A DNA stretch of 64,000 nt. Origin: Candidatus Nanoarchaeia archaeon. GTDB lineage: Archaea; Nanobdellota; Nanobdellia; Woesearchaeales; JANQNE01. Location: NCBI GenBank assembly GCA_028279725.1, contig JANQNE010000007.1:99406-163405 (forward strand), in the 5' to 3' direction. Numbering within the stretch: the stretch's first letter is position 1; every line of letters begins with the position of its first letter. A program made the position numbers and the translations under genes. The notes beneath the pieces are model-generated. The model did not search any database, was not told the origin of the DNA, and saw nothing but the letters and a program-made list of their open reading frames with translations. This document shows, piece after piece, positions 8,499 through 17,532 of this stretch.

Positions 8499-9320
8499 TT
8501 ACATCCCAGTCAATTTCTTCTGAGCTGACTTTGCAGAATAGCTTCCAGGATTGATTGCCATCCCTTCTTTAGCAGATATTGTCTGTATCCCAGTTGCTGC
8601 CTGTATCTCTCTTGCTTCATAGATTGGATCAGCCTTTGCCATCTTAACACCAAAGTGTGTTATTACAGCTAGTCTTGGCTTTACTTTATCAATCATCTTG
8701 ACAGCATCATCACTTGACATTCCGCTTCTCTTATCTTCTTTAGAAGTTCCTCTTGGATGCTGCACATTCATTATCAGTATATCGCATCCTTCATAAGCTT
8801 TCACAACATCTGGTGAAAGCACAGTATCAGAAGTATACCCCATAGTAAAATCTTGTGTTATTACCTTCAGACCAATAGCTTTCGGATCAGTATGTTCTGC
8901 TGGAGTTGCAACTATCTCAACATCTTCTATTCCGACCCTCTTCCCATTTTCTAAAGTTATTACTCTTTCAACACATTTCTTATGAAATTCAGAAACAACA
9001 GGACTTTCATCTTCCAATCCTGCAATCACAGAATCAGAAGCGATCAAAACTCCTTTTTTATCAAACCCATTATGGGTCATTGCATCAATAACTGCATTGA
9101 CATCATTGCAATGGCCAAGGTGATTATGTGTAACAACAACAGCTGTTGTATCTCTAAGATTTATGTTTCCAACTCTCGCCCTATTAAGTGTTCCTGGTCC
9201 TGGATCTATATGTAGATTAACTCCATCAGATTCCACAATAATACCTCCAGAACCTAGCATCTGCTTTCCTACAGTGTAATAATCTCCTCCCGTTCCTAAG
9301 AATACAATTCTGCTTGCCAT
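8499..9320 (-). CDS. MBL-fold metallo-hydrolase.
   Basis: HNHLGHCNDV is an HxHxDH-like metal-binding motif. 273 aa. Confidence 0.55.
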   Translation of the reverse strand: MASRIVFLGTGGDYYTVGKQMLGSGGIIVESDGVNLHIDPGPGTLNRARVGNINLRDTTAVVVTHNHLGHCNDVNAVIDAMTHNGFDKKGVLIASDSVIAGLEDESPVVSEFHKKCVERVITLENGKRVGIEDVEIVATPAEHTDPKAIGLKVITQDFTMGYTSDTVLSPDVVKAYEGCDILIMNVQHPRGTSKEDKRSGMSSDDAVKMIDKVKPRLAVITHFGVKMAKADPIYEAREIQAATGIQTISAKEGMAINPGSYSAKSAQKKLTGM

Positions 9321-9389
9321 ATATTATTCCCCCAACACTATTCACGAGTAAAACCATCTTAATAAATGTTTCGCTGTTTTTTAGATACA

Positions 9390-9399
9390 TTTAAAAATA
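9390..9399 (+). promoter_or_regulatory. Archaeal TATA-box candidate for the SRP RNA gene.
   Basis: TTTAAAAATA lies about 25 nt upstream of the GGG putative 5' end. Confidence 0.3.
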
Positions 9400-9418
9400 T
9401 CCATATTCTCAAGCAAAT

Positions 9419-9665
9419 GGGCAAGCTAGACTGGACAGTTAGCTCCTGTCTGTAACCACAACCGAGCTATATGGTGGAGTCGAAGTTTGGAGAGCGCTAT
9501 AGGATTGGCTTATTGGTCTTGAGTTGGACGTTGAAGTTCTGTCCTATAGGACTGGTGCCTTTGAGAATCGGGTCAGGCTGGGAACAGAGCAGCCCTAATC
9601 ATTAGTATTGGTGCTTGTAGGGTAGCGGAATTGAGGAAAATTCAAGGTTAACCATTAGGTTTTTT
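9419..9665 (+). ncRNA. ffs: Signal recognition particle RNA (7S / SRP RNA). Boundaries are approximate.
   Basis: A GC-rich stretch with no ORF in AT-rich surroundings. GGUCAGGCUGGGAACAGAGCAGCC matches the universally conserved SRP domain IV (helix 8) motif GUCAGGUCCGGAAGGAAGCAGC with a GNRA-type loop. It ends in a T-run at 9660-9665. Confidence 0.6.
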
Positions 9666-9924
9666 CTTATATCCATCTCTTTACGTGCTTGCCCGCTTAC
9701 ATTCACCACTTTCTGAAGACTATCACCAAAAAATTTATATAAAACAAACACCTAACAGCTAATTATGAACACCACAAGTAAAATCAGTATATTGAATGTT
9801 CTGGTCTTGCTAGTGGTCGTTGTACTGTAAAGCTCTCAGGCTTCGCTTGGGACTTTGCATGACTGATTCTAAAATGTAATATTCTCAAGCTGAAAAACCA
9901 AGAGCAAATAGGAGGCAAATAGAA

Positions 9925-10209
9925 ATGAAAGGTTTAAAAGCTGAAATAGAAAACACAGAATCTGCCAGATTCATAGAAAAAGCGCAGATCAATGAATCAC
10001 ATCCTTGGGCACAGAAAATACCCATACCTACAAATGCAAGATACCTAAGGACAAAAGGAAAAGATGTAAAGTATTTTGAAAACAAAATACAGACAAAAAA
10101 GAACGGCTTCATAGAAATACCAGAAGATGCTATGTATGTATCGTTCCCATCTTACAGCATAAGAAGTGGACACACCTCACATGGAGAACCAACTTTCCAT
10201 TACAATTGA
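9925..10209 (+). CDS. Hypothetical small protein.
   Basis: There is an AGGAGG about 9 nt upstream of the ATG. No recognisable domain. Confidence 0.3.
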   Translation: MKGLKAEIENTESARFIEKAQINESHPWAQKIPIPTNARYLRTKGKDVKYFENKIQTKKNGFIEIPEDAMYVSFPSYSIRSGHTSHGEPTFHYN

Positions 10210-12903
10210 TCATTCAATCAATATCGCAGGCTTTGCAGGATAAGCATTCTTAGATTTAGCCTCTCTGCTGTCCTGCGCTTTAATTACTTCAATCTTAATG
10301 CCAAACTCCTTTTTGATATCAGCAGAAGCATCTTTAAGAGAATTAAATTCTTTTTCTTGATCTAGAACAGTTTCAGGTATCTTTGACTCATCTTTGACTA
10401 ACTTAGGAACTAGCTTGCTTATCTCTTTTCCATATTTCTTAAGTTCAGTTGCCATCAGTTTCTTCATTATCGCTCCTGCATTATGTGTTTCCTTAAGATG
10501 CTCTTTAACTTCTTTTATAAGATCATATTTCCATTGCTCTGAAATAAACAATATTATCTTCTTAGGCTTTTTAACTTTAGTCAGTTCCATTACTGCATGG
10601 ATATCAGACACAACTCCATGAACAGTCTCTTCGCTTGCCATAGCTTCTCTGTCTATCTTACTGTCATCAAACTGAGGCCATCCAGCCTGAGAAATAAATC
10701 CTTTATTCCCCATCTTTTCCCACATCTCTTCAGCAAGATGTGGTGTAAAAGGACAAAGCATCAGAGCAAGGTTAATAGTTAATTCATCATAAACATCTTT
10801 ATTGATCTCTCCTTCTTTGTACTTATAAACATCATTCACAAATTCCATTAGTATTCCTATAGCCAAACTCAATTTGAATTCTTCCATAAACTGTGTAACT
10901 TTCTGGATCGTATAGTGCATCTTTCCTACTATATGCTTATCTCTGTTTGTCAGCTTAGCCTTCTTCTTAACTGCAAACTCACCTTCAACTAGAGTATAGA
11001 CTCTGTTCAAAAACCTAAAAGCTCCGCTAACACCTTGATCATTCCATTCTAATTCTTTCTCAGGCAATGCAGTAAACAAGATAAACAATCTAGCAGTATC
11101 ACTCCCATATTTATCGATAATCTGGCTAGGATCAACAACATTCCCTAAAGACTTGCTCATCTTAGCTCCATCTTTGATTACCATTCCCTGGCATAACAAT
11201 CTCTTAAAAGGCTCATCAAAATGTATCAACTTAAGATCACGCAAAGCTTTAGTAAAAAATCTTGCATATATCAGATGCATGCAAGCATGTTCTATGCCTC
11301 CAATATATTGATCAACAGGCATCCAATATTTAGCAGCCTTCTTATCAAACACCTCATCAACCTTAGGGCTACAGTATCTTAAGAAGTACCATGAACTATC
11401 TACAAAAGTATCCATTGTATCAGTCTCCCTTCTTGCTTTCCCACTACATTTTGGACATTTACAGTTCTTATACTCTTCAGAAGTTTCTAAAGGATTTCCG
11501 CTTCCAGTAAACTTAACATCCTTAGGCAGTTTAACAGGAAGTTCTTCCTCAGGAACAGGAACTATTCCGCATTTATCACAATAAACAATAGGTATTGGTG
11601 TTCCCCAGTATCTTTGTCTTGAGATCAGCCATTCTTTCAATTTAAAATTTACAGTCCGTTCTCCCCATCCTTTTTCTTCAGCAAGATCAGCTATATCTTC
11701 CATAGCATCTCTATTGCTCATGCCGTCAAACTCTCCGCTGTTGACCATAACTCCTTCTTCAACAAAAGCTCTTGACATCTTATCTAACTTAAGATCATAA
11801 TCATGAGGATTGATAACGATCTTCAAAGGAAGATCATACTTTTTAGCAAAATCAAAATCTCTCTGGTCATGAGTAGGAACTGCCATAACTGCTCCAGTCC
11901 CATAATCATAAAGCGCATAATCTGCAACCCACAAAGGGCATTTATCTCCTGTAAATGGGTTGATAAAATACTTCCCCAAGAAAACTCCATTCTTCTCTTT
12001 TCCTTCAGCAGTCCTTTCTATAACACTAAGCTTCTTTACTTTAGCTACAAAATCCTTCACTTCCTTCTCTTTTTTTGTTCCTTTTGTCCATTCAAGAACC
12101 TTAGGATGTTCTGCAGCCAAAACTAAATATGTTATTCCATAAACCGTATCGCATCTTGTTGTATATGTTTCAATCTCATCTATCTTCTTTCCTTTCTCAT
12201 CAACAATACCGAACTTTAAAGTTACTCCAGTACTTCTTCCGATCCAGTTCTCCTGCATTATCTTGACTCTTTCAGGCCAGTGCTCTAGTTTCTTTATATC
12301 ATCCAAAAGTTCTTCAGCATAATCTGTTATCTTGAAGAACCACTGCTCAAGATTTTTCTGATCAACTTCAGCTGAACATCTCCAGCACTTTCCGTCATGA
12401 ACCTGCTCATTTGCAAGAACAGTCTCACATTTAGGACACCAGTTGACAAAAGACTTTTTCTTATACGCTAATCCTTTCTCCAAGAATTTCAAGAATATCC
12501 ATTGGTTCCATCTAAAATACTCTGGCCTGCATGTTGCAACTTCTCTGTCCCAGTCATAACTAAGGCCCACCATCTTCTGCTGAGCCTTTATTCCCTCGAT
12601 ATTCTTGTCAGTCCAATCAGCAGGATCTGCTTTCTGTTTTATAGCTGCATTCTCAGCTGGCATTCCAAAAGAATCATAACCCATTGGATACAATACATTA
12701 AACCCTTGCATCCTCTTATACCTTGCAAAAGCATCACCAATAGAATAATTTCTTACATGGCCCATATGAAGATAGCCTGAAGGATAAGGAAACATCTCAA
12801 GAACATAATATTTAGGCATCTTCGGATCTTCCTTAACCTTAAAGATTCCTTTATCTGCCCATCTCTTCTGCCATTTATCCTGTATCTTCCTAAAATCTGC
12901 CAT
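10210..12903 (-). CDS. leuS: Leucyl-tRNA synthetase, archaeal type.
   Basis: HIGH-region MGHVRNYSIGD. KMSKSLGN. 897 aa with zinc-knuckle cysteines. Confidence 0.9.
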   Translation of the reverse strand: MADFRKIQDKWQKRWADKGIFKVKEDPKMPKYYVLEMFPYPSGYLHMGHVRNYSIGDAFARYKRMQGFNVLYPMGYDSFGMPAENAAIKQKADPADWTDKNIEGIKAQQKMVGLSYDWDREVATCRPEYFRWNQWIFLKFLEKGLAYKKKSFVNWCPKCETVLANEQVHDGKCWRCSAEVDQKNLEQWFFKITDYAEELLDDIKKLEHWPERVKIMQENWIGRSTGVTLKFGIVDEKGKKIDEIETYTTRCDTVYGITYLVLAAEHPKVLEWTKGTKKEKEVKDFVAKVKKLSVIERTAEGKEKNGVFLGKYFINPFTGDKCPLWVADYALYDYGTGAVMAVPTHDQRDFDFAKKYDLPLKIVINPHDYDLKLDKMSRAFVEEGVMVNSGEFDGMSNRDAMEDIADLAEEKGWGERTVNFKLKEWLISRQRYWGTPIPIVYCDKCGIVPVPEEELPVKLPKDVKFTGSGNPLETSEEYKNCKCPKCSGKARRETDTMDTFVDSSWYFLRYCSPKVDEVFDKKAAKYWMPVDQYIGGIEHACMHLIYARFFTKALRDLKLIHFDEPFKRLLCQGMVIKDGAKMSKSLGNVVDPSQIIDKYGSDTARLFILFTALPEKELEWNDQGVSGAFRFLNRVYTLVEGEFAVKKKAKLTNRDKHIVGKMHYTIQKVTQFMEEFKLSLAIGILMEFVNDVYKYKEGEINKDVYDELTINLALMLCPFTPHLAEEMWEKMGNKGFISQAGWPQFDDSKIDREAMASEETVHGVVSDIHAVMELTKVKKPKKIILFISEQWKYDLIKEVKEHLKETHNAGAIMKKLMATELKKYGKEISKLVPKLVKDESKIPETVLDQEKEFNSLKDASADIKKEFGIKIEVIKAQDSREAKSKNAYPAKPAILIE

Positions 12904-12955
12904 TTTAAGCTAAATTATTCAGTTCTTATATTTAAATCTTTAAGAAAAAATAGAA

Positions 12956-13153
12956 TCAGAATTTTTTGAACTTTGATGCAGTATCAATCAGATCGACATG
13001 CCCTAAAAACAGAGCTCTGCAGCAGTACTTCTCTAGACCAAGTGAATCCAGAACTTTGATTCCTTCCTCTCCTTTCTCAGTCCTTTCCTTATACTCTTCC
13101 CATGCATGTGCAACCGGCTTTCCGCATGAAAAACATCTTATTGGTATTATCAT
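12956..13153 (-). CDS. rpoN: DNA-directed RNA polymerase subunit N (Rpb10 homologue).
   Basis: MIIPIRCFSCGK...CCR has the zinc-binding pattern and length (65 aa) typical of RpoN. Confidence 0.85.
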   Translation of the reverse strand: MIIPIRCFSCGKPVAHAWEEYKERTEKGEEGIKVLDSLGLEKYCCRALFLGHVDLIDTASKFKKF

Positions 13154-13157
13154 ATGA

Positions 13158-13559
13158 TCACCTGTATGACTTCTGCCTTTTAGCTCTTGCTTTTGAATCG
13201 TTAGGCTTCCCAGTCTCCTTCCTTCTTACATCTGCAACAAGCAGATGCCTGTCATAATCTAAAAACCTTCTTTTAAGCTTGTCATCTTTTGTATATTCAA
13301 CTAATGATTTTGCAATGACTAATCTTGCAGCTTCAGTCTGGCTCGCTACTCCTCCGCCGCATACATTAACATCAATATCAACCTGGCTTGATATATTGCC
13401 AGCGATCATAAGTGGCTCTTTTATCTTCAATCTCATTATTTCAGGCTGATAAACATCTAGATCAACATTATTGATCAGTATATTTCCTTTTCCTGCTTTT
13501 ATTGTAGCTCTGCTCTTCGCACTTTTTCTTTTTCCTGAAACATGAAATGATTTGCTCAT
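13158..13559 (-). CDS. rps9: 30S ribosomal protein S9 (uS9).
   Basis: Conserved GGGVASQTEAARLVIAKSL and a basic C-terminus. Position in the operon fits. Confidence 0.85.
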   Translation of the reverse strand: MSKSFHVSGKRKSAKSRATIKAGKGNILINNVDLDVYQPEIMRLKIKEPLMIAGNISSQVDIDVNVCGGGVASQTEAARLVIAKSLVEYTKDDKLKRRFLDYDRHLLVADVRRKETGKPNDSKARAKRQKSYR

Positions 13560-13972
13560 ATTTTTGCCCCCAGTACTTTGCTTATCTCTCCTACAGACAT
13601 ATATCTTAGGCTTGGAACTTTTGAGACATTAGCTTCTTTGAAAGTTTCTGCTTTCTTGTCTTTAAGCTCATCAGGAACTCCTGCATAGCACATGACATTC
13701 TTGAAAGCTTCTCTTCCTCTTTCCTGCTTATAGGGAAGCATGCCTCTTATTGTTCTTCTGACAATTCTGTCAGGTAATCTAGGAAAATAAGGTCCTTTCA
13801 GAGGGATTCCTCTGTTTTTCTTCTGCTTATATTTCTCCAAAAGATAGCTTTTCCTTCCTGTAATTATTGCTTTTTCGCAGTTTATTACATCTATCTTCTC
13901 ACCTAACAAAGAAAGCTTAGCTATCCTTGCAGCCATCCTTCCAAGTATTAGATCAGTAGCGTCGACTATCAT
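13556..13972 (-). CDS. rpl13: 50S ribosomal protein L13 (uL13).
   Basis: N-terminus MIVDATDLILGRMAARIAKLSLLGEKIDVINCEKAIITG. Confidence 0.85.
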   Translation of the reverse strand: MIVDATDLILGRMAARIAKLSLLGEKIDVINCEKAIITGRKSYLLEKYKQKKNRGIPLKGPYFPRLPDRIVRRTIRGMLPYKQERGREAFKNVMCYAGVPDELKDKKAETFKEANVSKVPSLRYMSVGEISKVLGAKI

Positions 13973-14331
13973 CCTATTATCCTCACCTTGCTTGCTTTTG
14001 GATTTTCTTTCATAAGTTCTGAGATTGTAATTGCTTTTCCTACTTTGTTTATCTTATCTATAGCACTTTCAGAAAATTGATATGCAGCAACAGTAACTTT
14101 TCTTCCAAGTTCTCCGCCACCCAATACTTTTCCAGGAACGATTATTGTTTCGTTATCCTTGACGTTCTTATTGATTCTCAATAAATTAACAACTCTTCTG
14201 ATTCTTGTAGGTTTTTCAAGATCATCAGCAACTCTTTTCCATATCTGAACCTTCTCCTGACTACTTTTTTTCTTCAACTCTTCTACCAATGACTTCAACA
14301 TTGGGTTTGTGGGTCCGGTTCTTTTTACCAT
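13969..14331 (-). CDS. rpl18e: 50S ribosomal protein L18e (eL18).
   Basis: MVKRTGPTNPMLKSLV... The archaeal rpoD-L18e-L13-S9-rpoN gene order is conserved here. Confidence 0.8.
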   Translation of the reverse strand: MVKRTGPTNPMLKSLVEELKKKSSQEKVQIWKRVADDLEKPTRIRRVVNLLRINKNVKDNETIIVPGKVLGGGELGRKVTVAAYQFSESAIDKINKVGKAITISELMKENPKASKVRIIG

Positions 14332-14333
14332 TT

Positions 14334-14666
14334 TTATGTTATTGGGATTCCTTGTTCAATTTCCTTATCTGGAGTTAGTAATACACATTCACTCTCATCT
14401 TCTTTTTCTGCACAAAGCAACATCCCTTCTGAGATTTCACCGCCAAACTTGGCTGGTTTTAAATTAATTAAGACAATTATTTTTTTATCTTTTAATTCAT
14501 CTTCGCTGTAATAAGGAACTAAGCTCGTTACTATTTGGATTGTCTTTTCTCCGATATCTACTTTTAATTTATAGAGTTTCTCAGTTTTTGGAACCCTTTC
14601 TACTCCAATTATTTTTCCAACTTTGATTTCCAATTTTTTCCAATCATCAAAATTTATTTGTTCCAT
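14334..14666 (-). CDS. tRNA-binding domain protein (Trbp111/CsaA/EMAP-like OB fold).
   Basis: 110 aa. KVGKIIGVERVPKTEKLYKLKVDIGE...ISEGMLL is the typical Myf-domain pattern. It is inserted between rpoD and L18e. Confidence 0.6.
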   Translation of the reverse strand: MEQINFDDWKKLEIKVGKIIGVERVPKTEKLYKLKVDIGEKTIQIVTSLVPYYSEDELKDKKIIVLINLKPAKFGGEISEGMLLCAEKEDESECVLLTPDKEIEQGIPIT

Positions 14667-14676
14667 TTTTCCATAA

Positions 14677-14809
14677 TGCGGGAGACGAGGTTTGAACTCG
14701 CGCAGGCACTAAGCCACAAGGCGTTTGAAGGCGCAGGCTTCGAACCTCAAAAACCGCCAGGTTTTTCGCCGCCTCAACCTTGCCCGTTTGACCACTCCGG
14801 CACTCCCGC
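14677..14809 (-). tRNA. tRNA-Leu(GAG) with an intron of about 49 nt at the canonical 37/38 position.
   Basis: Read on the minus strand. Acceptor GCGGGAG / CUCCCGC plus A73. D-arm CCGGAGUGGUCAAACGGG. Anticodon stem CAAGG / CCUUG. Loop UUGAGG|intron|G. Long variable arm UGGCUUAGUGCC (type II). T-arm GCGAG-UUCAAAC-CUCGU. The intron-exon junctions fold into bulge-helix-bulge: a 4-bp helix U32-A35 pairs with the intron 3' end and is flanked by 3-nt bulges. CCA is not encoded. Confidence 0.65.
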
Positions 14810-14823
14810 TTTACAAACAGGAA

Positions 14824-15606
14824 TTACTTGAGCTCTTTGAGTTTTTCAGCAAATTCGTCAGCTTTCTCCTTCAGTACATCAGCTGTCTTTGCTATCATAT
14901 CTTTCGGGCTAAGTTGTCCCCATGATTCAACATAGAATACAAACTCATCTTCTTTGTATTCCACTTTGACAACATCATCACAGATCCCGTCAACAGCATC
15001 TATAAGATTTGGTGTGTTGATCTGATCTTTGTTTATCTTTCCGCTCTTGTCAAATACCTGCGGAGGATATTTATCCTTAAATTCATCAAATGATTTACTG
15101 TTATTATTAACTGTAATAATTGGTTTGTATGTATAATAGACATATCCAGGGCTCCACTTTGCGTGATCTTTTCCTCTTCCAAGAACTGCAGTTGCAGTCA
15201 GCTCCACATCCTGGCCTTTTATCAGCTTTAATACAGGAGTCTTTGGATACAATGGAACAACTTTTGGATCTGTGCTCTTTATATCAGCTGCATAAACAAC
15301 TCCAGCTTTCTTTGCAGATAATGTCATCTTAAGCTGGCACTGAGCACATCCTGCTCCCTTGCATGTACATTTATCAGGAAGATTATATGATTTCAGATCA
15401 GTCTTCAAAGGGATTAATCCTAATCTATGAGCTACCATCTCATCATACATTATTGAAGAGTTCTTTGTAAATTCAACTTCTTCTATAGCCATTGTCGGGA
15501 CTTCATCCATTGTCATCCTTCTTACAGCATTTGCAAATGGTACATCAGCACCTTTCAAGGTAAATGAAAGCTTCTCTCCCTTTTTGTCAAGTACATTTAT
15601 TTCCAT
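14824..15606 (-). CDS. rpoD: DNA-directed RNA polymerase subunit D (Rpb3 homologue).
   Basis: 260 aa with a cysteine-cluster insert CTCKGAGCAQC. Position between S11 and L18e fits. Confidence 0.85.
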   Translation of the reverse strand: MEINVLDKKGEKLSFTLKGADVPFANAVRRMTMDEVPTMAIEEVEFTKNSSIMYDEMVAHRLGLIPLKTDLKSYNLPDKCTCKGAGCAQCQLKMTLSAKKAGVVYAADIKSTDPKVVPLYPKTPVLKLIKGQDVELTATAVLGRGKDHAKWSPGYVYYTYKPIITVNNNSKSFDEFKDKYPPQVFDKSGKINKDQINTPNLIDAVDGICDDVVKVEYKEDEFVFYVESWGQLSPKDMIAKTADVLKEKADEFAEKLKELK

Positions 15607-15609
15607 TTT

Positions 15610-16092
15610 TTATACTCTCCTCCCTCTTCTTCCGCCTTTCTTTCGGCATCCGTCATGAGGGATTGGTGTTACGTCTTCTATTACCCCTATTCTTAGTCCC
15701 ATTCTTGATAGTGCTCTTACTGCTGCTTGCGCTCCTGGACCTGGATTCATAGGACCGTTGTGCCCTCCAGGCGCCTTTATCTTTACATGTATAGCATTTA
15801 TTCCTTTGTCTCTTGCAACTTCAGCTGCCTTCTTAGCTGCAACCATCGCTGCAGTTGGGCTTGATTCAAGTCTGTCCTGCTTTACTACTTGCCCTCCTGA
15901 AGTTCTTGCGATTGATTCTGTCCCTGTTATATCAGTTATATGGATTATAGTATTATTATATGAAGTGAATATATGTGCGATTCCCCACCTTTGGTCAGGC
16001 CTGGGTCTTCTGTCAAACTGCCTTCTATCATTTCTTCTGTCATGAGGTCTCCTGTTGTCTGGCCTTCTGCTTGGAGGTCTTCTTTCTTCCAT
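15610..16092 (-). CDS. rps11: 30S ribosomal protein S11 (uS11) with an R/P/D-rich N-terminal extension.
   Basis: Core [23 protein letters not shown]...AAMVAA. N-terminus [36 protein letters not shown]. Confidence 0.85.
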   Translation of the reverse strand: MEERRPPSRRPDNRRPHDRRNDRRQFDRRPRPDQRWGIAHIFTSYNNTIIHITDITGTESIARTSGGQVVKQDRLESSPTAAMVAAKKAAEVARDKGINAIHVKIKAPGGHNGPMNPGPGAQAAVRALSRMGLRIGVIEDVTPIPHDGCRKKGGRRGRRV

Positions 16093-16094
16093 TT

Positions 16095-16754
16095 TTATTC
16101 ACTTTTCTCCTCAGTTTTTTTCTCTTCCTTTTTCTCTGCTTTCTTCTCTTCCTTTGATTTCTCTTTCTTCGCTGGTTTTTTATCTTCCTTCTTGCCTTCT
16201 TTCTTCTTTGGCTTCTTCTTCTCTTCCTTTTCTTCCTTCTCGACTATCTTCCTTTCAGGGTGTTCAGGATCTGATAATGACGACGAAGGTATAAATCCTA
16301 TCATAGCCTCTTCTTCTGTTGTTATAAGATAAGATGGCTGCGTTATTATCTTTCCGTTTACTGTAACATGTCTGTGTGTTATAAACTGCCTTGCCTGATC
16401 GATTGACCTTGCCATTCCCTTGCTCAAAAGCTGTGTCTGAAGTCTCCTCTCCATAACATCTTTCAATTTCAATCCTAAAACATCAGCCAGCTGTGCTGTT
16501 GCAGGCAGTAATCCTAAAGATTGTAATTTGACAAGCATCTCCTGCTTCTCTTTATCAGCTTGCTTTGACCTTAATGCAACCAATTTCTTAGCATCATCAG
16601 CAAATCTCTTAAGGAAAGAATTCATCTTCTGGATCTCTTTCTTATTTCTGACCCCATACTCTTTCTTAATCTCTTTCTCTTCATCTATTCTCGTCTTTTG
16701 CCACGGATGTGTTGGCGTTGAGTACGTCTTCCTTCTTTTCCTTGGATCTCCCAT
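16095..16754 (-). CDS. rps4: 30S ribosomal protein S4 (uS4) with a K/E-rich C-terminal tail.
   Basis: N-terminus [20 protein letters not shown]. The tail is [22 protein letters not shown]... Confidence 0.85.
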   Translation of the reverse strand: MGDPRKRRKTYSTPTHPWQKTRIDEEKEIKKEYGVRNKKEIQKMNSFLKRFADDAKKLVALRSKQADKEKQEMLVKLQSLGLLPATAQLADVLGLKLKDVMERRLQTQLLSKGMARSIDQARQFITHRHVTVNGKIITQPSYLITTEEEAMIGFIPSSSLSDPEHPERKIVEKEEKEEKKKPKKKEGKKEDKKPAKKEKSKEEKKAEKKEEKKTEEKSE

Positions 16755-16765
16755 TTATTGCACCT

Positions 16766-17254
16766 TTACTTTCCTGATTTTGCTCCTGGCCTTTTCTTCA
16801 CACCAGTAACATTTCCTTTATTCTTTCTGAAATTTGATTTTGTCTTCTGTCCTCTTACAGGCAATCCATCCATATGTCTTATTCCCCTGTAAGTCTTGAA
16901 CTTCTTCATCATCTTGATATCATTATCTTTGATAAACTTAAGATCCGCAGTTGTTATATGCTTATCTTCTCCAGTCTCATAATCATTCCTTCTGTTAAGC
17001 ATCCAAGCTGGAGCTCCATTGCCCAATGGGTTGTTGATCGCATCCTCTAGTTTCTTTACTTCATCATCACTTAGAGTTCCTGCTTTTTTTGTTTTGTCAA
17101 CGCCAGTTGCAGAACATACCATGTTTGCAAACATGAAACTGACACCATAGATCTTTCTAAGTGCATTAACTATAGGTTTGCTTCCGTCAAGATCAGTATT
17201 GACGACCCTTATTATATGTTTAAAATTCTCGTCTTCTCCCATTTTATCCCCCAA
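16766..17254 (-). CDS. rps13: 30S ribosomal protein S13 (uS13).
   Basis: FKHIIRVVNTDLDGSKPIVNALRKIYGV is typical of S13. It is the first gene of the S13-S4-S11-rpoD cluster. Confidence 0.85.
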   Translation of the reverse strand: MGDKMGEDENFKHIIRVVNTDLDGSKPIVNALRKIYGVSFMFANMVCSATGVDKTKKAGTLSDDEVKKLEDAINNPLGNGAPAWMLNRRNDYETGEDKHITTADLKFIKDNDIKMMKKFKTYRGIRHMDGLPVRGQKTKSNFRKNKGNVTGVKKRPGAKSGK

Positions 17255-17365
17255 TGACGCATAGAATTAAAGCATAAGATAGCCTTAAACCCTAATGCGC
17301 TCGATTTGAACTCGGGCTTTTTACCTCAAGAAACTAGAAGTTATTTATAAAGCTTTTGATAACAT

Positions 17366-17373
17366 TTATAAAC
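17366..17373 (+). promoter_or_regulatory. TATA-box candidate for tRNA-His.
   Basis: TTTATAAA lies about 26 nt upstream of the tRNA 5' end. Confidence 0.35.
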
Positions 17374-17398
17374 CATAATCCATCCCAAACATTTCATG

Positions 17399-17475
17399 GC
17401 GGCCATGGTGTAGCCTGGCTAGCATAGGGGACTGTGGATCCTCTAGGGCGGGTTCAAATCCCGCTGGCCGCCCCA
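17399..17475 (+). tRNA. tRNA-His(GUG), intronless, with G-1 and CCA encoded.
   Basis: Acceptor GCGGCCA / UGGCCGC, discriminator C, then CCA. A G immediately 5' (17398) can serve as G-1. D-loop AGCCUGGCUA. Anticodon stem-loop GGGGA-CUGUGGA-UCCUC. T-arm GCGGG-UUCAAAU-CCCGC. A T7 run follows. Confidence 0.8.
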
Positions 17476-17482
17476 TTTTTTT
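17476..17482 (+). terminator. Oligo-T archaeal terminator after tRNA-His.
   Basis: TTTTTTT immediately 3' of the CCA. Confidence 0.4.
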
Positions 17483-17532
17483 AATGTTTACAAACTAGGA
17501 GTTTGTGAACACTAGAAATTTTTCTAAATTTC

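Noticed and set aside
9765-9830. A 21-aa hydrophobic micro-ORF (MNTTSKISILNVLVLLVVVVL) between the SRP RNA and the 94-aa hypothetical gene.
   Set aside because: It is too short and compositionally trivial. There is no RBS and it lies in a promoter region.
15973-16332. Several plus-strand ORFs (15973-16332, 15975-16157, 16055-16294) encoding Phe/Ser/Leu-rich peptides.
   Set aside because: They are antisense to the K/E- and R/P-rich tails of S4 and S11. The sense strand is a purine run, so the antisense frame is open by composition alone. The same explanation covers 27689-27994 and 28043-28366 (antisense to the scpB tail) and 58098-58417 (antisense to the L22 and S3 tails).
17283-17330. A tRNA-like T-arm hairpin (GCGCUCGAUUUGAACUCGGGC followed by UUUUU) upstream of the S13 operon.
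   Set aside because: No complementary acceptor stem, D-arm or anticodon arm could be built on either strand. It is more likely a 5'-UTR or terminator-like hairpin. The shared string TTTGAACTCG with the tRNA-Leu T-loop appears coincidental.
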